A stretch of DNA of 64,000 bases, taken from Rhynchopus sp. YZ270_cl-10. Lineage: Eukaryota. The notes below the pieces were generated by a model. The model searched no databases, was not told the DNA's origin, and worked only from the letters and a program-made list of their open reading frames with translations. Both the position numbers and the translations under genes were made by a program. Where the stretch lies: assembly GCA_964035575.1 (NCBI GenBank), contig OZ037846.1, positions 682,001 to 746,000 of the forward strand. The letters are read 5' to 3'. Each line of letters opens with the position of its first letter. The stretch's first letter is position 1. Shown here piece after piece: positions 50,244 to 64,000 of the stretch.

Positions 50244-51191
50244 TCATTGACTAGAATCGGAGTGAACAAACCTGCACTGAATCCCAAATGTACACGTCTT
50301 TGGGTAGTTTCTGCAGGGAATGACAGAACGCTTCATGTACCCCTTGATGTGTTCGAAAGGGCACGTAGCTCCGTTTTTGCAGCCTTTTGGTGCATTAAAG
50401 AAGGTGCAGGGGGTTTTTGCTGATTTACCTGACTTTCGTGGCACGCTGACACCCGCACTCCCTGTACGCACCCCTGCCTTCCCCTGCGGCAACTGTGCAG
50501 GCGCCACTGCCACCGGCCCAGCCGCTGCCTGAGGCAACACCTCCACCTGACCATACCCCTGCATCGGTGCAGGCACCTGCCCCACCTGCGGAGGATACGC
50601 TACCACACCCATCTGTCCACCCACCTGAGGCTGCGGCAGAGGCTGCAACGGAGACACCATCGGCATCTGCCCCATCTGCCCCAACTGCTGTACCTGCCCC
50701 TGCCCCTGCTGTACCTGCGGGACCTGCTGACCCTGCACCTGCTGCACCCCCATAGGGGCCATAGGCTGGGCCACCTGAGGCTGCTGCTGCTGCATGACTC
50801 CCTGGCCGTTCAAAGGAAGCTGCTGCAGCTGAGGGACACCCAGCTGGGGTTGTCCGAGGGGGGGCTGTGGCATCATAGGGAACTGAGGCATACTCATGTT
50901 GAGGGGAAGCGGGGCGGGGGGCTGCTGCTGGTGCAGCTGCTGCTGCTGCTGCGGGAGCTGGTGCTGTTGTTGTTGCTGTTGCGGCATCTGCTGGAGTTGC
51001 TGTGGTTGCTGCTGCTGCATCCCCACCCCCATATTCATCGGAAGCTGCGGAACGACCCCACCTCCATTCAGAGGGGTCGGAGCGAGAGCGGATAGGGGCT
51101 GTGTCTGAAGAGGTTGTTGTTGTTGTTGCTGTTGCTGCTGCACGACAGGCTGTTGCATCGGATAGCCTTGCGGGACAGTCATTGTTGCCAT
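50244..51191 (-). CDS. Q/P-rich protein with C-terminal tandem CCCH zinc fingers (putative RNA-binding), 315 aa
   Basis: Long open frame; CTFFNAPKGCKNGATCPFEH and CRNYPKTCTFGIQCRFVH. Confidence 0.9.
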   Translation of the reverse strand: MATMTVPQGYPMQQPVVQQQQQQQQQPLQTQPLSALAPTPLNGGGVVPQLPMNMGVGMQQQQPQQLQQMPQQQQQQHQLPQQQQQLHQQQPPAPLPLNMSMPQFPMMPQPPLGQPQLGVPQLQQLPLNGQGVMQQQQPQVAQPMAPMGVQQVQGQQVPQVQQGQGQVQQLGQMGQMPMVSPLQPLPQPQVGGQMGVVAYPPQVGQVPAPMQGYGQVEVLPQAAAGPVAVAPAQLPQGKAGVRTGSAGVSVPRKSGKSAKTPCTFFNAPKGCKNGATCPFEHIKGYMKRSVIPCRNYPKTCTFGIQCRFVHSDSSQ

Positions 51192-52813
51192 ATTTTGTTC
51201 TATTTTATTTTTTATTTTTTTTGTGTCAAACCCTGTAGAAAAGAGTGTTTAACCAAGCTATATAGTACCTGAAGCGTGAGGCATGAGGATGGGGAAGAAA
51301 AAGGTCCTTTTTTTTTTTTTTTGAAAACTCAGATCTGTATTTGGGAATTACTCACTTCATTTTCCCCCCCTTTTCCCCTTTTTTCTTTTTTTTTTTTTTT
51401 TTTGAAAATAAACTGGTTCTTCTTATCTCTTTTGCACATAAAGGTGGTTCTTTAAAGAGAAATTGGAAGTACATAAAAGAAGAGAAAAATAAAAACAGAC
51501 TCCGAAGTGGGCATAATTTCCACTCCACAAAAAAAAAAAATCTTTTTTTTTTCTTTGAATAAAACCAAGCCTCACAGTTCTTAGTCATTCAAAAAAGTAT
51601 AAAAATAAAAAAAGATTTTGTAAGATGAACCTAAGCCTCTCGTTGCTTAGCCACCTTTAAAAACAAAAAATAAAACAACAGATGCTCACAGCATGCTGAA
51701 GCGTTTTTAACCCCCCCCAAAAAAAAATCCCCTGATCATTCACACAAAAAAAACTCACCTTTTTTCCCCCCTTTACTCTTTACGGGCATTATTTGTTTTT
51801 TTTTTTTTTAAACTTGGTTGTATTAGTGTAGACACCTCGAAGATGAGCTACACTGTACTATTTTGTTTAGTTGCTGTTGTGTCGACAATCGACGAAGTAC
51901 CCACCTCGATGGGATTTTCTGTACAATAATTCACTGCAAAAAATAAACAAATGCAGTGGTGATGGTTTCGATGCCTCTTTTTTTTTGCTATATTTTATGA
52001 TTACAAAAACACTCCTTTTTTTTCCGCATCTGTCTGTGCAAAGCTCTGCATTACAAAAAAAAAAGGGGGGTATTTCAAAAATAGTGAAAAGTTACTCACC
52101 TCTCCAAACCAATTATTGGAACATATTTTCGCTATCCACCTAAAGAGAAAAAAACTTGAAAGATGAACGTGTCTCGTGCACACACATCTGTTGGGGGGTG
52201 GAAAAAAAAAGGGAAAAAAAAAAATGATACCACACAATCCTCCTACAATGCAAACAGAACAGAGACAAAAAAAAAAAAAACAAAAAGGCTTATAAGATGA
52301 ACCTATACCTCTCGTGTATTTCCACCTTTTAAAAAAACACATGGGGCACACCCTGTTTTTTTTTTTTTTTTTTTTTTCCTTTTTTTTTTTTTTTTGCAAA
52401 AGCGTGCGGATAAAAGAAAGAAAAGAAAAGAAAAAATGAACTCTCTACCTGGCTTTTTACACACAGTACGTATAGTCTGTGCTTCCTCCCTGAAAGATGA
52501 TCCCCAAACAAAAAAAAACCCCCCAACCCCTTAAAAATATAGGGTTGCCAAAGAAGAAGAAAAAAGAAAAAAAACTACAGCAAAAAAAAAGAGGCGGCAA
52601 AGTTACAAAGAGGTCTCCACCCTCTTCTTTTGTTGCTGTGTCACGCCCTTATCGCACTTCCCCCCACCCCTTTGGTGGGGCAACTAGGGTCTTTTGTTAG
52701 TGTCATTGTTTAGTGCAGATATCCTAAGCACATCGCTCTATGTAGGTGTAAAGGAACATTGTGCCACATGCCACATGCCTCATGCCTCATGCCACATGCC
52801 ATGTGGTGACATT

Positions 52814-56299
<3,486 letters not shown>

Positions 56300-57120
56300 C
56301 GTTGTGATGTGCCAAGATGTCTTGGTGTATGTGGTGTGTTGTGTGGCTGGATGGGGGTGGTGGTGGTGGTGGTTTGGAGCGATTGGAAGCGAGGTGGGGG
56401 GGTGGCTTGAACAAAAAGGGTGCTGCATGTGCTATTTTTTGTACAATGCTAAAGAAGAGCTCTTCGAAAGGTAAAAATAGCAGGACACAGTGGTTTTCAT
56501 TTGATTGACACAAATCCTCCTGTTTGAGGGATGATTTGGCGTGCACGGTAATACTATTTTTCTCCTTTTAAAGGAAGCTTTGTAGAAATATGGAAAAGCA
56601 TATTTCAGATCTTTACATGTAAAAAGAATGTAGGGGGTGAAAAAAAAAAGCTCAAAGGGAAACAACAAGGAATATTTGTAAGAATGAACCTGCCTCTCGG
56701 GTGCATGGCCATCGTTACAAAAGAATGTTTTGAGGGGGGGTGAAAGGGTTCGCTGTGGACACAAATCAAAAAGAAAAAGATTGACTTGAAATCTCACGAC
56801 AGTGTACCTAGACAGTGTACATGACCGGTGCACCGGGACCAAAAGCGGGGAAGGAGGGGGGTGTGTTTTGAATAGTCTTGTGATGATTATCATCAATTCC
56901 AGGCAACCGCAGGTGTATAGACGAAAACCGGGGATTGCAAAGATAGGTTATTTCATATACATTCTTTTCTAAACGAAAAGAAGGCATAGAGGGTGCGAAA
57001 AATGTACCCTTGCTTAAAGATAAGTTGCAAGATGAAAATGCCCCCCGCATGCATTGCACATCTGCCAGAAGAAAAAATGACAAAACAAACGATTAAAAAA
57101 AGAGGAATCGGTCTCGAGAA

Positions 57121-57241
57121 TCGGGGAAGGTCACTTTTTAGGGCACTTTTCGAAGGTCACTTCGAAGTGAGCTTCGGATTTCAAAAAAAATAAAAAAGGT
57201 CACTTCAGAAGTGGTAAAAGTTACCACTCTTAGGACCCCTG
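57121..57241. mobile_element. Small hAT-like MITE, 8-bp TSD CTCGAGAA
   Basis: Direct repeat flanks; right end CCCCTG, left end degenerate; GGTCACTT internal repeats. Confidence 0.55.
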
Positions 57242-57796
57242 CTCGAGAATCAACACTTATCTTTTTAAAAAATCATAACAAAAGAGATTGTTTCATATAC
57301 ATTCTTTTTCTAAAAGAGAGTACAGTGGTGTGTTCCGGGGTATCGAAAAATACAAATTTTCATTTCAATTCACAACTCTTCACAACTCTTCACAACTCTT
57401 CACAACTCTTCACAACTATTCACAACTCTTCACAAATTTTCACAAAAAACGTGTATGTGAAGAGTTGTGAAGAGTTGTGAAGAGTTGTGAAGAGTTGTGA
57501 AGAGTTGTGAAGAGTTGTGAAGAGCTGTGAAGAGTTGTGAAGAGTTGTGAAGAGTTGTGAAGTGGCGAAGTCTGGGTGGTGCCTGGGCACCCAGGTACCC
57601 AGGTAGGTACAGGACACCTTTTGGAGGACGTTGGTTGGCAACACAGGAGGTTCTATGTGCAAAAAGTGCCTAAAATGGTGCGGCTGACGGGACGATTTGG
57701 ACCCTTTTGGGCCATTCTTGGGCCATGTGTTTTTAGGTGTGTTTTTTTTTCAACTTTTTGACTTGGATTGCATTTTTGGGATCCCCGTGCAGTGGT

Positions 57797-58638
57797 CATA
57801 CTTGGACCGCCCGAAAAAAATTTCGGGCGAATTCGGGCGGATTTTTCGGGCGCGGGTCCCGAGCGCCCGAAATATATTTCGGGCGTTTTAAAGGGAATTT
57901 AAAGGGAATTTATACGTAATTCGGGCGAATTCGGGCGCACAATCGGTGCACTGGAGTATCTTATGTGTGCTGGGAAGCATGCCACCAGTGTAAAAATCTT
58001 ACGCTTTATTTGAAAGATTGGCACAAAATTTGCTCAAAGAAAAAAAAAATTGAGCAAAAAGTCCTAGTAGAACCCAACTTATATGAGTACAGCTCTGTTA
58101 GCAGCCACGTATAAAACCGATTTCCCTAACAATTGACACTAAAATACTACTAAAAACGTAAAAAGGCGATTTTTCACGTTTTTGGGCATCTCCTGAGCAA
58201 CTACAGTCCCGAAACACCCCGAGAATGGGTCAGAACCACCCTGTGACCCGAAAATTCACAAAAATTCACCCTGAAATACGAAAAAATGGTGAAACCCCGG
58301 TTCATAGTGTGTTTTGGGTGGGAATAAGCAAATGATAGTCAGAAAACCCGTGATTTGGTGGTGATTCCCAAAGTGCACTCAGGTGTACAAAAGTTTTCGA
58401 TTCTTGCTTATTTTGACAGATTTGACATCAAATATGTCCAAATATAAAAAGTTTTTTGCAAAAATGAATAGAACCCTACCTAGTCGGTTTTCACTAAGGA
58501 AAAAGCGCCCGAATCCGCCCGAAATCTGCATTTCGGGCTTCGGGCAAATTCGGGCGCACAAAATCGCCCGAAATCCGCCCCTAATCCGCCCGAAATCACC
58601 CGAAATGCCCGAAATATATTTCGGGCGGTCCAAGTATG
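57797..58638. mobile_element. Non-autonomous CATAC-family element, 6-bp TSD AGTGGT
   Basis: AGTGGT|CATACTTGGACCGCCCGAAA...TTTCGGGCGGTCCAAGTATG|AGTGGT; TTCGGGC subterminal repeats. Confidence 0.85.
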
Positions 58639-59262
58639 AGTGGTGGGGCCGACGTTGAAAATTGGACAATTTTATGACCTCTTAAATTTCGGAAAATATG
58701 AGCCCGGTCACTAATAGGCGGCCCATTTTCGGTCAAAAATTGTCCCCAAAATCCGGAGTGTATTATTGACCTTTGTGGGCGACGAGACTGTCCTGTGTGA
58801 GGTTAACCTACAGGTTAATTCCATTATGGCGGTTGTTTTGCATCTCTCACACATGATGGATCGACGCACTGGTGAGTCCTTGGCGGTTACTTCGTCTCCT
58901 TTCGTCTTATCCGCCTTTTTGGTGGGGATTATCAAAGAAGTCAGCTAGAGAATTGTTGGTTCTCTCGGGGAGTGGGTGTGGGCAGAGATTTTGACAACGG
59001 GACCAGAAAACCATGTTTTTGGGCTCATCAAAATTCAATTTCCCCCTTCAGTTACCCTTATTTATCGCTCCCTCATTCACGGTTTTTTTACTTCCTGGGA
59101 ATAAAGTGACCAGCTGGGCCAACTGTGGCACCGTAGTTAACGGGATCAAAACGATATGCCGGGGCACGCCTTATGCCCGAAGGTGAACTGTCTGGCTCCT
59201 TGTTTTTAAACACCGGTTAAATATGCATTGCGCTCTAATCAGACTCTAATTAGAGCATTCGG

Positions 59263-60447
59263 CAGTACAGTACAGTACAGTACAGTACAGTACAGTACAG
59301 TACAGTACAGTACAGTACAGTACAGTACAGTACAGTACAGTACAGTACAGTACAGTACAGTACAGTACAGTACAGTACAGTACAGTACAGTACAGTACAG
59401 TACAGTACAGTACAGTACAGTACAGTACAGTACAGTACAGTACAGTACAGTACAGTACAGTACAGTACAGTACAGTACAGTACAGTACAGTACAGTACAG
59501 TACAGTACAGTACAGTACAGTACAGTACAGTACAGTACAGTACAGTACAGTACAGTACAGTACAGTACAGTACAGTACAGTACAGTACAGTACAGTACAG
59601 TACAGTACAGTACAGTACAGTACAGTACAGTACAGTACAGTACAGTACAGTACAGTACAGTACAGTACAGTACAGTACAGTACAGTACAGTACAGTACAG
59701 TACAGTACAGTACAGTACAGTACAGTACAGTACAGTACAGTACAGTACAGTACAGTACAGTACAGTACAGTACAGTACAGTACAGTACAGTACAGTACAG
59801 TACAGTACAGTACAGTACAGTACAGTACAGTACAGTACAGTACAGTACAGTACAGTACAGTACAGTACAGTACAGTACAGTACAGTACAGTACAGTACAG
59901 TACAGTACAGTACAGTACAGTACAGTACAGTACAGTACAGTACAGTACAGTACAGTACAGTACAGTACAGTACAGTACAGTACAGTACAGTACAGTACAG
60001 TACAGTACAGTACAGTACAGTACAGTACAGTACAGTACAGTACAGTACAGTACAGTACAGTACAGTACAGTACAGTACAGTACAGTACAGTACAGTACAG
60101 TACAGTACAGTACAGTACAGTACAGTACAGTACAGTACAGTACAGTACAGTACAGTACAGTACAGTACAGTACAGTACAGTACAGTACAGTACAGTACAG
60201 TACAGTACAGTACAGTACAGTACAGTACAGTACAGTACAGTACAGTACAGTACAGTACAGTACAGTACAGTACAGTACAGTACAGTACAGTACAGTACAG
60301 TACAGTACAGTACAGTACAGTACAGTACAGTACAGTACAGTACAGTACAGTACAGTACAGTACAGTACAGTACAGTACAGTACAGTACAGTACAGTACAG
60401 TACAGTACAGTACAGTACAGTACAGTACAGTACAGTACAGTACAGTA
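59263..60447. repeat. 5-bp tandem repeat (TACAG)n, ~1.2 kb
   Basis: Direct reading. Confidence 0.97.
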
Positions 60448-62228
60448 GTCCTGTCGGGTGGTGTACCATTTTTTTCCCCAGAGCAACTTAGGTGTAATTG
60501 TGGTTAATTGTGTGTACGTGTGTTTGATAACTAGTGGGGGTAATTCTTGCTCAGAATATGGCCCCAACGTGTACGTGTGTGTACTTGTGCTGAAAGTGTG
60601 CTGAAATTGTGCCTAATATAGGCATAGTTCAGGTGAGTATGGTGCTAGTTGTGCCCAGCTGTGTTTTGAGTAAAACGGTACAAAAAACAGGGAAAAAAGT
60701 GGTAGTGCCACTGGTACAAAACTTTTCTAGCGAAGCCACAGTACGCAACATTTCGGGTAGAGCTGTGGGCTACCGCTCGTAATTTTTAGCTGCGTCGCAG
60801 GCTCACGGTACGCTACTTTCTTGAGAGTTGCGAACATGTTGAAAAAAAAAAAGGCAACAAACGAACACGCCGCGGACTTCCGTCGTCCTCCTCCGCACAG
60901 GGGGTGGGGTGGTACGGCCAGCTTGACCCAGGCTAGCTAGCCCTCTGCACAGCACACTTTACCTGACCAGTCCTGCAAAAAACCCTGGAAAAAAACACCC
61001 CCCTTTTTTTCCCTCCAATTCACAACTCTTCACAACTGTTCACAACTCTTCACAAATCTTCACAACATCTGTGTTTTTTTCATCCAAATTTTCATTTCAA
61101 TTCACAACTCTTCACAACTATTCACAACTCTTCACAACTCTTCACAATTCTTCACAATTCTTCACAAAAAAATGGCCAAAAATTATGTTGTGAAAATTTG
61201 TGAAAACTTGTGAAAACTTGTGAAGATTGGTGAAGATTGGTGAAAATTTGTATTTTCCGATACCCCGGAACACACCAAGTACAGTAATCAACATTGCGTG
61301 GTGTTCATACTGAAGCGACAAAAAAAAATGCAAAAAAAATGCAAATAAAAATAAAATGTGGGAAGGGCTCGTTTAATGCGAAAGGGAAAATAGAGTAACA
61401 TCTTTTGCTGCAAAGATGAAGGCCTCACAAGCTATTCATTCAAACAGTTGATGAGACGCACCCTCAGCATCTGCACTGAGGCATCTTTCAAAAAGAAGGT
61501 TCACATGAAATACAAAGCCCTCCCTTGAACAGTGTACCTCAGGCATTGACACTGAGGCATCTTTCAAAAGAAAGAAACGGGGGAGGTGGCCAGCATTACT
61601 CAAAAACGAACTGTATAAAGACACCTGAAATTAGTTAGTTCGGTGTATTCAAGGTTCTAAGAGTGATAGGATAAAAAGATTATATTCACATACTTTCAGT
61701 TCACAGAATTGAAAGTATAAAAAGATAACACGAGAGTAGTGTTTAGCATTTAATTTAGCAAAAAAGACGGAAAAGGGCCGTGTAGCTTCGTGGCAACAGC
61801 TGCTTATGGCCATCCAGAGAGCATAGACCGTGAAACATACATAAAAAGTGATGTGTCCCACGCGTGAGTCAATACCCTAAAGAAAGCGTTGCAAATCAAG
61901 AAAGGGACGGAAATATATAATTGACAACAATTGGTTGTCCAGGGGTCAACAAGGTTAACGCGTGGACACTGTCGATTAGAGTCAAAACAGGATATCACTC
62001 ATGTCGGTACATTGTACCATGAAAATACATGAGAGATGTAGGTGACAAAGATGCAAGAATTATTTCATATACATTCTTTTATGAAAGAAGCAAAAAGCAG
62101 ATCTGCACATAGACTATCGATCGCAGACATTCATTTAGTTCATCACAAAAGAGAATGAAATAATAAAAGCATAAATTGAAATAATCAAAATAGTATTCTT
62201 ACAGAGGCATCACAGCAGAAGCATTCGC

Positions 62229-64000
62229 TCAGTCCAAAGAGGACCCCGATGCAGAGGAGTCACCGTAGTCAGAGTCTTCCTCCATAGGGGGCAACGGCGG
62301 CAGTGTTGGCAGTGGTGGGAGGGGCGAGGGTGTGGCAGTGGCAGGTGCTCCAGAGGGAATCACAGCCGATCCAGTGGCAGGTACTGGTGATGCAACAGCC
62401 GATCCAGTAGCAGGTGCAGGCGATGCAACAGCCGATCCAGTGGCAGGTGCGTATGTTGGAACAACAGCCGATCCAGTTGCAGGTGCTCCAGAGGGAATCA
62501 CAACCGATCCAGTGGCAGGTGCGTACGTTGGAACAACAGCCGATCCAGTTGCAGGTGCAGGCGATGCAACAGCCGCTCCAGTTGCAGGTGCAGGCGATGC
62601 AACAGCCGATCCAGTGGCAGGTGCGTACGTTGGAACAACAGCCGATACAGTTGCAGGTGCTGTCGATGCAACAGCCGATCCAGTTGCAGGTGCGTATGTT
62701 GGAACAACAGCCGATCCAGTTGCAGGTGCAGGCGATGCAACAGCCGATCCAGTTGCAGGTGCAGGCGATGCAACAGCCGATCCAGTGGCAGGTGCAGGCG
62801 ATGCAACAGCCGATCCAGTGGCAGGTGCGTACGTTGGAACAACAGCCGATACAGTTGCAGGTGCTGTCGATGCAACAGCCGATACAGTTGCAGGTGCTGT
62901 CGATGCAACAGCCGATCCAGTTGCAGGTGCGTATGTTGGAACAACAGCCGATCCAGTTGCAGGTGCAGGCGATGCAACAGCCGATCCAGTTTCAGGTGCA
63001 GGCGATGCAACAGCCGATCCAGTTGCAGGTACTCCAGAGGGAACAACAGCCGATCCAGTTGCAGGTGCTGGCGATGCAACAGCCGATCCAGTGGCAGGTG
63101 CTCCAGAGGGAACAACAGCCGATCCAGTTGCAGGTGCTGTCGATGCAACAGCCGATCCAGTTGCAGGTGCAGGCGATGCAACAGCCGATCCAGTGGCAGG
63201 TGCGTACGTTGGAACAACAGCCGATCCAGTTGCAGGTGCAGGCGATGCAACAGCCGATCCAGTTGCAGGTACTCCAGAGGGAACAACAGCCGATCCAGTT
63301 GCAGGTGCTCCAGAGGGAACAGCCGATCCAGTGGCAGGTGCTGTCGATGCAACAGCCGATCCAGTGGCAGGTGCGTACGTTGGAACAACAGCCGATCCAG
63401 TTGCAGGTGCAGGCGATGCAACAGCCGATCCAGTTGCAGGTACTCCAGAGGGAACAACAGCCGATCCAGTTGCAGGTGCTGGCGATGCAACAGCCGATCC
63501 AGTTGCAGGTGCTGTCGATGCAACAGCCGATCCAGTTGCAGGTGCTCCAGAGGGAACAGCCGATCCAGTGGCAGGTGAGTACGTTGGAACAACAGCCGAT
63601 CCAGTTGCAGGTGCTCCAGAGGGAACAACAGACGATCCAGTTGCAGGTGCTGTCGATGCAACAGCCGATCCAGTGGCAGGTGCGTATGTTGGAACAACAG
63701 CCGATCCAGTGGCAGGTGCGTATGTTGGAACAACAGCCGATCCAGTGGCAGGTGCGTATGTTGGAACAACAGCCGATCCAGTTGCAGGTGCTCCAGAGGG
63801 AACAACAGACGATCCAGTTGCAGGTGCTGTCGATGCAACAGCCGATCCAGTGGCAGGTGCGTATGTTGGAACAACAGCCGATCCAGTGGCAGGTGCGTAT
63901 GTTGGAACAACAGCCGATCCAGTTGCAGGTGCAGGCGATGCAACAGCCGATCCAGTGGCAGGTGCGTACGTTGGAACAACAGCCGATCCAGTTGCAGGTG
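62229..64000 (-). CDS. 3' part of a Pro/Ala/Thr/Ser-rich repeat (mucin-like) ORF running off the window
   Basis: 30-36-bp minisatellite with units in multiples of 3 encoding SPAPATGSAVA / VPTYAPATGSAV / VPSGAPATGSAV; exits into unique PSPLPPLPTLPPLPPMEEDSDYGDSSASGSSLD*. Confidence 0.6.
   Translation of the reverse strand, partial: PATGSAVVPTYAPATGSAVASPAPATGSAVVPTYAPATGSAVVPTYAPATGSAVASTAPATGSSVVPSGAPATGSAVVPTYAPATGSAVVPTYAPATGSAVVPTYAPATGSAVASTAPATGSSVVPSGAPATGSAVVPTYSPATGSAVPSGAPATGSAVASTAPATGSAVASPAPATGSAVVPSGVPATGSAVASPAPATGSAVVPTYAPATGSAVASTAPATGSAVPSGAPATGSAVVPSGVPATGSAVASPAPATGSAVVPTYAPATGSAVASPAPATGSAVASTAPATGSAVVPSGAPATGSAVASPAPATGSAVVPSGVPATGSAVASPAPETGSAVASPAPATGSAVVPTYAPATGSAVASTAPATVSAVASTAPATVSAVVPTYAPATGSAVASPAPATGSAVASPAPATGSAVASPAPATGSAVVPTYAPATGSAVASTAPATVSAVVPTYAPATGSAVASPAPATGAAVASPAPATGSAVVPTYAPATGSVVIPSGAPATGSAVVPTYAPATGSAVASPAPATGSAVASPVPATGSAVIPSGAPATATPSPLPPLPTLPPLPPMEEDSDYGDSSASGSSLD

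Larger units (their letters stand above)
57327..61276. mobile_element. Mutator/Foldback-like non-autonomous element with nested insertions
   Basis: TIR GGTGTGTTCCGGGGTATCG.AAAATACAAATTTTCA; subterminal (TTCACAACTC)n arrays at both ends; flanks GAGTACAGT/AAGTACAGT (9 bp, 1 mismatch). Confidence 0.75.

Noticed and set aside
56300..56428. N-terminal extension of the helicase ORF in the track
   Set aside because: CA-rich leader with an AG acceptor; ATG at 56299 is the more likely start
62498..63979. 493-aa LDRLLHR ORF as the real product
   Set aside because: Stops inside the repeat; the adjacent frame continues into unique sequence and is more plausible
62340..64000. CRISPR-like repeat-spacer array
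   Set aside because: The variable parts are a few short recurring variants rather than unique spacers; eukaryotic context and no cas genes

Overview
Repeat-rich eukaryotic DNA with GT-AG introns, no prokaryotic operon structure and no CRISPR, rRNA or tRNA that I can support. A euglenozoan-like protist is inferred, because all host genes lie on the minus strand with AG acceptors shortly upstream of the ATG. Host genes: two tandem ubiquitin-like+LRR paralogs, two tandem-CCCH zinc-finger genes, a six-exon DBP2/DDX5-type DEAD-box helicase with one GC-AG intron, and the 3' end of a Pro/Ala/Thr/Ser repeat ORF. Most other sequence is mobile DNA. The main finding is an apparently intact, spliced hAT-type transposase element (4072-7155) with CATAC...GTATG ends, 6-bp TSDs and Asp at the position of the catalytic Glu. 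It and its relatives repeatedly insert into CCTAGG sites formed at the ends of a second, G-run-terminated element family, giving an ordered alternating chain at 2.7-11.6 kb. Also present are an intact Crypton-like tyrosine recombinase flanked by inverted repeats, MITEs of several superfamilies with readable TSDs, large foldback palindromes, TA-anchored microsatellites and uniformly oriented short stem-loop/poly(A) repeats. All calls come from reading the sequence by eye; no searches were run.
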